DNA of 64,000 nt, from assembly GCA_012295275.1 (NCBI GenBank), contig CM022675.1:248001-312000 (forward strand), read 5' to 3'. Numbering within the stretch: position 1 is the stretch's first letter; the number at the start of each line of letters is the position of its first letter. The notes beneath the pieces were generated by a model. The model saw only the letters and a program-made list of their open reading frames with translations. It did not search any database and was not told where the DNA came from. This document shows positions 53,908 to 64,000 of the stretch, piece by piece. The position numbers were made by a program, and so were the translations under genes. Source of the DNA: Chrysomallon squamiferum. Taxonomy: Eukaryota; Animalia; Mollusca.

Positions 53908-55362
53908 TAATTTAATTTAATTTATTTATTAATACATACGCACACACTTTTATTTTATTTTATTTATTTATTAATACAAAACACACACACACACACACAC
54001 ACAATAGTAACTTAAATAAATAAAACTCTCCTAAAGAAACGGATAACAATATTATAAGTTAAAAAATAAAATAGATCAATGAATCAAAAATAAGGAAAGA
54101 CAGAACGAAACAAAAACCAAGTTTCTTGTAACGTGTTTTTAAATAATAAAAAAAAAATGGATGTATGAATCACAGCTGTTGTATAAAAACAAAATAAAAT
54201 CAAATGTAAATAAATAAATCGGTTTTGTAAAGTGTACAGGGTTAGAGTTTCTCCATCTTTTCATGGACAGAGGTCCGCAGCTTAGAGTAGATGATATTTT
54301 GTTTAATCTTTTTTTTATTTACTTTATTTTATTTATTTTATTTTATTTTAATTTTTATTTATTTATTTTTTTAACCTTATGGGCGGGAGCGATCGTAACC
54401 TTTGACATTTGACCTTTAACCCCTGTCTACGTGACAGGAAACAATAGACTAAACTCGTGATTAACTGTAAAACTATTTGAAAAAAAAAATAAAATAAAAT
54501 AATAAAACATTTAAAACATTTAAAAAAATAAAAGAAAAAAATAATAAATGTCAATTGCCTAGCTTTCAAAGATTTATTTAATAACTAGAGAAAAAAAAAA
54601 AAAAAAAAAAAAAAAATATTCATAGTAATTAACAAAGTAAGGGAAATAAATGCTTTATGGGAAAAAAAGAAAACAAAAGGTGTAATCACGTATTTATGTT
54701 GACTCAGTCTTTCGTTGTAATTTATATCTATCAAATGTTATCTTTCTTTATATACTCTCCCAAAAAAGAAACGCAAAATGGTTGATTTCTTAGATAACTA
54801 TTGTAAACTGACACATATCAATGTACAAACTATGAATATAATGATATTTGGTGATTCAAACATATAGCTTTTGTTACAGTCACCAAAAAGCAGGTAACAC
54901 AAAATAAAGGCTATAATCGTGTTTATTAGCCAAAACGTCCCCGCATGCAAACCACGTTACCAGTGCATGTGCACGTGGGTACATGAAACTTGAATACGAG
55001 GGTTACAAAAATGCAAGGTTGTCGAATACTTCTGTTCGTTATTTTTGTTCTGACCCAACATCAAACAAATGTCACGACAGAGTGAACCGCAACCAAACAA
55101 CACCATCGGCCGTTTACAAGCTGGCGAATCCTTCTCGGCCGTAGCCCGGGTGTTCCATGTATCCCCAGTCACCATCTTGAGATTGTGGTATCGGTTCCAG
55201 CAACACCAAACAATACATGACTGTCCCAGATCAGGTAGACCACGTGTAACCACCAGGGCCCAGGACCGCTATATACGGGTACTTCATCTATGGCAGCGGC
55301 TCCCAACCATTTTGGTACCATGCCCCACTTTTTTATCACAAATTTCTTCATGTCCCCCACCT

Positions 55363-55519
55363 GTTAATAGTTTAGTATGATATAACAATATCAGTTAATA
55401 GTTTAGTATGATATAACAATATCAGTTAATTGTTTAGTATGATACAACAATATCAGTTAATTGTTTAGTATGATATAACAATATCAGTTAATTGTTTAGT
55501 ATGATATAACAATATCAGT
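55363..55519. repeat. 31-bp tandem repeat x5 in the hAT subterminal region
   Basis: gttaatagtttagtatgatataacaatatca repeated. Confidence 0.92.
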
Positions 55520-55658
55520 TTTGAAGAAGTATAACATAAAAAATTGTATCTTTCAAATAAAACTAAAGGATTTAACTTCAAATTTAATCAAATAAAATCC
55601 ATTTTATAATGTGTATAACATATGTACCATCAAATTAAATAAATTCAATTACAATCAA

Positions 55659-56660
55659 TTAATGAGACCCTTGAGCCTGATGTCTACTGCAAAGAGATTT
55701 TATCCGAGGCAGAAATTTGGTTAACTTCAATCTCAAGTCGCCTCGTTTAGTGATATCCAGTTGGTTTCTTTTCTTCAATAATAAGTCATTCACAGCACTA
55801 AATCCACATTCCACTAAGTATGACGATGGGAATGGTAACAGTAGTTTTCTTGCCAAACTACTTGTATTTGGATATTTAGCTTGTATTTCTTCACAGAGCC
55901 ACATCATTGTTCCTTGTATTTTAAACAGGGTTTTAATCGAGTCATCATTTTGTAATTCTGAAAGTTCTCCTTGATACTCGATGGTCACATCTGACAGATC
56001 CACTAGCAATGGCTGAGTCATCCAAGATGGATAATTAATTTCTTTCAAATCAGAAAATCTGAAGTTGAAATCGCTTACCCTTATTTATAAGTGCTCCACA
56101 ATAACAAGACAAGTAGCATCTGTTACCTCACATTTATTCAGCCAATAAAATTGTTCAAATTTTTGTGACAGAAATATTTTCTTGCGATAATTCCAGAAAT
56201 GATATAAAGCCAAATAGCTTGGCCTTTGAATTAACAAGAGTCACATTTGTCAAGACGCTCACATTTGGCATTAACTTGTATAGTGTTGATGCATTTTATA
56301 ACTGCATTCAGTGTCTTGTATAGAACAGGTGAAACTTTTTTGGAAACTAAATTCTGTCTATGAATAACACAATGCACTAACAACATTTGGTGATTGTCGT
56401 CTTTCAGTAATTTTAAAACTCCATTTTTCCTGCCCATCATTACTGGAGCACCGTCTGCAGCACAAGATATAATGTTCTCCATAGGTATCTGCTTATCATC
56501 TAAATATGTTTTTAATTTCTTATATTATGTCAATTGCAATAGTGGTGGTTTCTAATGCTTCGCAAAATAGCATATCCTCAATAAATTCTCCATTATCAAC
56601 GTATCTTACATAGGCCACTAACAGAGCTTCACTATCTCTTACAGTTGACTCGTCCAACTA
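55659..56660 (-). pseudogene. hAT-Buster transposase remnant
   Basis: LDESTVRDSEALLVAYVRY, CAADGAPVMMGRKNG, HCVIHRQNL, LLPFPSSYLVECGFSAV, terminal HQAQGSH*; broken by stops, frameshifts and deletions. Confidence 0.88.
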
Positions 56661-57538
56661 CAGAGACAGATCAACATGAAACTTGCATTTGTGTTTAATT
56701 CAATACTGCTTCCATGCTTTATTGTGCACATTTAATTTGGTTGTAGTTAGTTTCCTCTGTTTTTTTAGCTTCAGTGGGGGCGTTGAGCAGCTGACTAAAA
56801 CTCACCTTCTTAAACAAGTCAGAAGCCACGCATATAGCTGGTGCCACATGCATAATAACATTAGTGGGTGAACACTTGACTAGATTACACAAGCTGTTGT
56901 GCTCAGCTAGGTTGTAATTACAATTTTACCCTATACATTTATAATTTTTACCCATATAGGGTAAAATAAAATAAAAAATGTTGATACTACTATATTTTTC
57001 ATATTGCCCCCCTATTATTATTGAATTGCCCCCAGTGGGGCGTAGGCCGCACGTTGGGAATCATTGATCTATGGGAAAGAACCACCACGGCTACCTCTAC
57101 TGCTTCTGCAATACCAGGTCTGCGTAGAATATCGGCTCAGACAGTGCGCAATCGTTTAAACGAGGCAGGTATTCGAGCCAGACGGCCTGTAAGAAGATTG
57201 GTTTTGACTCAACAACATCGTCGACTACAACGTCAGTGGTGTCAACTGCACAGAGTCTGGCCTCACTTACGATGGAGAACTGTCTGGTTTAGTGACGAGG
57301 CTCGACTTCTGCTTCGTCGAGCAAATTGAAGATGTCGAGTTTACAGACGTCGTGGTGAACGTTTTGCTGCAAACTGCATACAGGAATCGGACAGATTTGG
57401 CGGTGGTAGTGTGATGGTGTGGGCAGCAATCTCATACACTGGAAGGACCAACCTGGTTCAGATCCGAGGGATGTACATAACTGGTGTTAACAGATCCCTC
57501 TAAGCGATTATAACAAAACTGGCGTAAATAATAATAAC

Positions 57539-57606
<68 letters not shown>

Positions 57607-58124
57607 ATATAATAAATTAATTAATTAGCAAAATTATCCCAAAATTATCCCCAAAATATAAAGAAAGGTAACATTTGAAAGGTATAAATTGTAACGAAAG
57701 ACTGATTCGTTTATTTATTTATTATTTTTTTTTTTTTTTTTTAAAAAGAGATAAAAAAAAAAACCCGAAAAGAACAAAAAAACAACAACAACAAACAAAC
57801 AAAACAAACAAAAAACACAGACAAACAAAAAACCCAACAAAGGATGTATTTCACTTTTTTAATTAATTACTGTGAATATTTTTTTTTGTTTTTATTTTCT
57901 CTCATTATTAAGAAACGTGAACGACTGGCAATTGCTGTTTATTTCTTTTATTATTAACTTTATTTATTTATTTTTGGTTTCTGATTATTTCAAATAGTTT
58001 TACAGCTAATGACGAGTTCAGTCTATTGTTTGCTGTCACGCAGACAGGGGTTAAAGGTCAAATGTCAAAGGTTACGATCGTTCCCGCTCATTAGGTTCAA
58101 AAATGAAAAAGAAAAAAGTAATAC

Positions 58125-58155
<31 letters not shown>

Positions 58156-58439
58156 TTCAAAATTTATTCTTATAACTCAATCAATTTTTTTTAATTTTGT
58201 GGATTAAAATATCTTGGTTCGGATTAAAATTATTTTGACAATGCATGAACGAATGAACAAAAAAACGGACGAACAAACGAACAAACGAACGAACGAAAGT
58301 ATGGATGAATATTACGCAATTTCAGCTCTGCTTTGACATCATTGAAATCTTTTTTTTTTTTCTTGAAAAATGTTCATTTCTTGTATTAAAACAAAATAAA
58401 GCTTATCGAAAATAATAAATTTTACAAAAACTAATCAAA

Positions 58440-61400
58440 ATAAACACGTTTATAAAACATTCCACTTAAACACGTTTATAAAATTATTGTTACAACAAAT
58501 TTTTGTTAAAATTATTATTACAACACATGTTTTATAAAATTGTCGTCGTCGTTGTTATGTTTATAAAATTGATGTTGTTTTCGTTAATGTTTATAAAAAT
58601 TAATTAATTAAATTATTTTATAAAATCAGCGCTTACAACAAATGTTTATAAAACAAGTAATCGTGACGTCACTTCGTTGATACAAAACAATGCACTTTTT
58701 TTTTTTTATAAAACTAGCTATTCGGAACAAATGTTTATAAAACTGAAATCTTTTCAGAATATGTATAAAAACAAGATGTCGTACAACAAATGTTTATAAA
58801 ACACGGTTGTTCAACAAATGTTTATAATGTTTTCCAGCAAACAATACAACAAATGTTTAAAAAACCATGTTAAAATATGAAATGTTTATAAAACTAGCAG
58901 TTCTAACAACAAATGTTTATAAAAACTAAAGCACAGAAAATTATATTTGTTTATAATAAACTATTTGGTCAGCATAATAAAACAAAACAAACAAATCACA
59001 TATAAAACTAAATATTATACAACAACAAATGTTTATAAAAACATACAACAAATGTTTATAATAGATACGAACACAACACATGTTTATAAAACAAAAAAAA
59101 AAAAAAATGTTTAAAAATAAAGGCTTAAAACAAAAAATGTTTATAAAACTGAGCATCAACATTAATGTTTATAAAATTTGAAACAATTTATAACACATGT
59201 TTAAAACTAGCGCTTCCTGAAACAAATGTTTTTAAAACTAGTTCTTCCGTTTATAACAAATGTTTATGGTTGTTATTAAATTTAAAAAAAAAAAAAAAAC
59301 AACACATGTTTATAAAACTAAATTTCAAAAAATAATATTATATTCTTTCTTTCTCCTTCTTACAAAAAATGTTTATAAAACACCCCACCCTTACAACACA
59401 TGTTTATAAAAGCAAGAATCTTTACAACACATGTTTATAAAACTACCGCTTACAACAAATGTTTATAAAACTAAGCGCTTAAAACAAATGTTTTTATAAA
59501 ACAACCACTTACAACAAATGTTTATGAAGCTCTTTTGCAGTGTTTTAAACAAATTACAACAAATGTTTATAAAACATAGCGCTTACAACAAATGTTTTTA
59601 TAAAACTTCAGGGTCAACGCAGGTAAAACTAGCTTTGACAACACATGTTTATAAAACTAGCGCTTACAACAAATGTTTATAAAACTAGCGCTTTACAACA
59701 AATGTTTATAAAAAACTACAACACATGTTTACAACAAATGTTTATAAAACTAGCGCTTACAACAAATGTTTATAAAACTAGCGCTTACAACAAATGTTTA
59801 TAAAACTAGCGCTTACAACACATGTTTATAAAACTAGCGCTTACAACAAATGTTTATAAAACTAGCGCTTACAACACATGTTTATAAAACTAGCGCTTAC
59901 AACAAATGTTTATAAAACTAGCGCTTACAACAAATGTTTATAAAAACTAACAAATGTTTATAAAACTAGCGCTTACAACAAATGTTTATAAAACTAGCGC
60001 TTACAACAAATGTTTATAAAACTAGCGCTTACAACACATGTTTATAAAACTAGCGCTTACAACAAATGTTTATAAAACTAGCGCTTACAACAAATGTTTA
60101 TAAAACTAGCGCTTACAACAAATGTTTATAAAACTAGCGCTTACAACAAATGTTTATAAAACTAGCGCTTACAACAAATGTTTATAAAACTAGCGCTTAC
60201 AACAACAAATGTTTATAAAACTAGCGCTTACAACAAATGTTTATAAAACTAGCGCTTACAACAAATGTTTATAAAACTAGCGCTTACAACAAATGTTTAT
60301 AAAACTAGCGCTTACAACAAATGTTTATAAAACTAGCGCTTACAACAAATGTTTATAAAACTAGCGCTTACAACAAATGTTTATAAAACTAGCGCTTACA
60401 ACAAATGTTTATAAAACAAATGTTTATAAAACTAGCGCTTACAACAAATGTTTATAAAACTAGCGCTTACAACATATGTTTATAAAACTAGCGCTTACAA
60501 CAAATGTTTATAAAACTAGCGCTTACAACAAATGTTTATAAAACTAGCGCTTACAACACATGTTTATAAAACTAGCGCTTACAACACGTTTATAAAACTA
60601 GCGCTTACAACAAATGTTTATAAAACTAGCGCTTACAACAAATGTTTATAAAACTAGCGCTTACAACAAATGTTTATAAAACTAGCGCTTACAACAAATG
60701 TTTATAAAACTAGCGCTTATAACAAATGTTTATAAAACTAGCGCTTACAACAAATGTTTATAAAACTAGCGCTTACAACAAATGTTTATAAAACTAGCGC
60801 TTACAACAAATGTTTATAAAACTAGCGCTTACAACAAATGTTTATAAAACTAGCGCTTACAACAAATGTTTATAAAACTAGCGCTTACAACACATGTTTA
60901 TAAAACTAGCGCTTACAACAAATGTTTATAAAACTAGCGCTTACAACAAATGTTTATAAAACTAGCGCTTACAACAAATGTTTATAAAACTAGCGCTTAC
61001 AACAAATGTTTATAAAACTAGCGCTTACAACAAATGTTTATAAAACTAGCGCTTACAACAAATGTTTATAAAACTAGCGCTTACAACAAATGTTTATAAA
61101 ACTAGCGCTTACAACAAATGTTTATAAAAAACTAGCGCTTTACAACAAATGTTTATAAAACTAGCGCTTACAACAACAAATGTTTATAAAACTAGCGCTT
61201 ACAAACAAATGTTTATAAAACTAGCGCTTACAACAAATGTTTATAAAACTAGCGCTTTACAACAAATGTTTATAAAACTAGCGCTTACAACAAATGTTTA
61301 TAAAACTAGCGCTTACAACAAATGTTTATAAAACTAGCTTACAACAAATGTTTATAAAACTAGCGCTTACAACAAATGTTTATAAAACTAGCGCTTACAA

Positions 61401-64000
61401 CAAATGTTTATAAAACTAGCGCTTAGAACAAATGTTTATAAAACTAGCGCTTACAACAAATGTTTATAAAACTAGCGCTTACAACAACAAATGTTTATAA
61501 AACTAGCGCTTACAACAAATGTTTATAAAACTAGCGCTTATAACAAATGTTTATAAAACTAGCGCTTACAACAAATGTTTATAAAACTAGCGCTTACAAC
61601 AACAAATGTTTATAAAACTAGCGCTTACAACAAATGTTTATAAAACTAGCGCTTACTTTACAACAAATGTTTATAAAACTACCGCTTACAACACATGTTT
61701 ATAAAACTAGCGCTTACAACAAATGTTTATAAAACTAGCGCTTACAACAAATGTTTATAAAACTAGCGCTTACAACAAATGTTTATAAAACTAGCGCTTA
61801 TAACAAATGTTTATAAAACTAGCGCTTACAACAAATGTTTATAAAACTAGCGCTTACAACAACAAATGTTTATAAAACTAGCGCTTACAACAACAAATGT
61901 TTATAAAACTAGCGCTTACAACAAATGTTTATAAAACTAGCGCTTACAACAAATGTTTATAAAACTAGCGCTTACAACAAATGTTTATAAAACTAGCGCT
62001 TACAACAAATGTTTATAAAACTAGCGCTTACAACAAATGTTTATAAAACTAGCGCTTACAACAAATGTTTATAAAACTAGCGCTTACAACAAATGTTTAT
62101 AAAACTAGCGCTTACAACAAATGTTTATAAAACTAGCGCTTACAACAAATGTTTATAAAACTAGCGCTTACAACACGTTTATAAAACTAGCGCTTACAAC
62201 AAATGTTTATAAAACTAGCGCTTACAACAAATGTTTATAAAACTAGCGCTTACAACAAATGTTTATAAAACTAGCGCTTACAACACATGTTTATAAAACT
62301 AGCGCTTACAACACGTTTATAAAACTAGCGCTTACAACACATGTTTATAAAACTAGCGCTTACAACAAATGTTTATAAAACTAGCGCTTACAACAAATGT
62401 TTATAAAACTAGCGCTTACAACAAATGTTTATAAAACTAGCGCTTACAACAAATGTTTATAAAACAAGCGCTTACAACAAATGTTTATAAAACTAGCGCT
62501 TACAACAAATGTTTATAAAACTAGCGCTTACAACAAATGTTTATAAAACTAGCGCTTACAACAAATGTTTATAAAACTAGCGCTTACAACAAATGTTTAT
62601 AAAACTAGCGCTTACAACAAATGTTTATAAAACTAGCGCTTACAACAAATGTTTATAAAACTAGCGCTTACAACAAATGTTTATAAAACTAGCGCTTATA
62701 ACAAATGTTTATAAAACTAGCGCTTACAACAAATGTTTATAAAACTAGCGCTTACAACAACAAATGTTTATAAAACTAGCGCTTACAACAAATGTTTATA
62801 AAACTAGCGCTTACAACAAATGTTTATAAAACTAGCGCTTACAACAAATGTTTATAAAACTAGCGCTTACAACAAATGTTTATAAAACTAGCGCTTACAA
62901 CAAATGTTTATAAAACTAGCGCTTACAACAACAAATGTTTATAAAACTAGCGCTTACAACAAATGTTTATAAAACTAGCGCTTACAACAAATGTTTATAA
63001 AACTAGCGCTTACAACAAATGTTTATAAAACTAGCGCTTTACAACAAATGTTTATAAAACTAGCGCTTACAACAAATGTTTTATAAAACTAGCGCTTACA
63101 AACAAATGTTTATAAAACTAGCGCTTACAACAAATGTTTATAAAACTAGCGCTTACAACAAATGTTTATAAAACTAGCGCTTACAACAAATGTTTATAAA
63201 ACTAGCGCTTACAACAAATGTTTATAAAACTAGCGCTTACAACAAATGTTTATAAAACTAGCGCTTACAACAAATGTTTATAAAACTAGCGCTTACAACA
63301 AATGTTTATAAAACTAGCGCTTACAACAAATGTTTATAAAACTAGCGCTTACAACAAATGTTTATAAAACTAGCGCTTACAACAAATGTTTATAAAACTA
63401 GCGCTTACAACAAATGTTTATAAAACTAGCGCTTACAACAAATGTTTATAAAACTAGCGCTTACAACAAATGTTTATAAAACTAGCGCTTACAACAACAA
63501 ATGTTTATAAAACTAACAATGTTTATAAAACTAGCGCTTACAACAAATGTTTATAAAACTAGCGCTTACAACAAATGTTTATAAAACTAGCGCTTACAAC
63601 AAATGTTTATAAAACTAGCACTTACAACAAATGTTTATAAAACTACCGCTTACAACACATGTTTATAAAACTAGCGCTTACAACAAATGTTTATAAAACT
63701 AGCGCTTACAACAAATGTTTATAAAACTAGCGCTTACAACAAATGTTTATAAAACTAGCGCTTACAACAAATGTTTATAAAACTAGCGCTTACAACAAAT
63801 GTTTATAAAACTAGCGCTTACAACAAATGTTTATAAAACTAGCGCTTACAACAAATGTTTATAAAACTAGCTTTTTACAAAAATGTTTATAAAACTAGCG
63901 CTTACAACAAATGTTTATAAAACTAGCGCTTACAACAAATGTTTATAAAACTAGCGCTTACAACAAATGTTTATAAAACTAGCGCTTACAACAAATGTTT
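58440..64000. repeat. 29-bp satellite (AAACTAGCGCTTACAACAAATGTTTATAA)n running off the window end
   Basis: Highly homogeneous from ~59640 to 64000 (roughly 150 units); degenerate border zone ~58440-59640. Confidence 0.97.

Larger units (their letters stand above)
55294..57066 (-). mobile_element. hAT (Buster/Charlie, SCAND3/ZBED8-like) transposon, internally deleted
   Basis: Perfect 8-bp TSD ATCTATGG (55286-55293, 57067-57074) with central TA; TIRs CAGCGGCTCCCAAC / GTTGGGAATCATTG; transposase remnants on the - strand. Confidence 0.93.
54753..57470 (+). mobile_element. Tc1/mariner element, interrupted by hAT and truncated at the 3' end
   Basis: TA + tactctcccaaaaaagaaacgca left end; HTH region IGRLQAGESFSAVARVFHVSPVTI...PRSGRPRVTTRAQDRYIR (55069-55293) resumes at 57075 with ...ISAQTVRNRLNEAGIRARRP...WFSDEAR...GGGSVMVWAAIS; premature TGA at 57327-57329; no right TIR seen. 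Confidence 0.9.
54375..58095. mobile_element. Non-autonomous long-TIR element with piggyBac-like ends, enclosing the Tc1 and hAT insertions
   Basis: Inverted repeats ~54375-54635 and ~57860-58095 (outer ~105 bp highly similar); ends TTAA|CCTTATGGGCGGG and CCCGCTCATTAGG|TTCA. Confidence 0.7.

Noticed and set aside
57327-57329. In-frame TGA in the Tc1 transposase as readthrough or selenocysteine
   Set aside because: The element is interrupted and truncated; a simple nonsense mutation is sufficient.
58440-64000. CRISPR-like repeat-spacer array
   Set aside because: Eukaryotic context, no cas genes, units are head-to-tail without unique spacers; the variable border fits decay or misassembly.

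Overview
AT-rich, microsatellite-dense animal genomic DNA with spliceosomal GT-AG introns; a mollusc or other lophotrochozoan is my inference, not something the sequence proves. Three protein-coding genes are supported. (1) YEATS2, + strand, 14 coding exons visible between 242 and 15421, 5' end outside the window, with an unexplained frame break inside its large exon near 8271-8322. (2) A small multi-exon EF-hand (calmodulin-like) gene on the - strand, about 22577-30982. (3) An IkappaB/cactus-family gene (47306-48463) whose CDS has no introns, with a kappaB + TATA promoter, a short non-coding first exon and an atypical DEGYFS degron. Mobile and repeat DNA: a decayed Sola2-type transposase in a YEATS2 intron; a ~1.3 kb tandem macro-repeat; a three-layer transposon nest at 54.4-58.1 kb (TTAA/long-TIR element > Tc1 > hAT-Buster with a perfect 8-bp TSD); and a 29-bp satellite filling the last ~5 kb. 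The stretch after the YEATS2 stop codon holds an array of GTTGACA / TCAAC-N4-GTTGA mini-hairpin motifs. I found no clearly new multi-gene system; the findings are the best leads. Most short ORFs in the supplied track are microsatellite artefacts.
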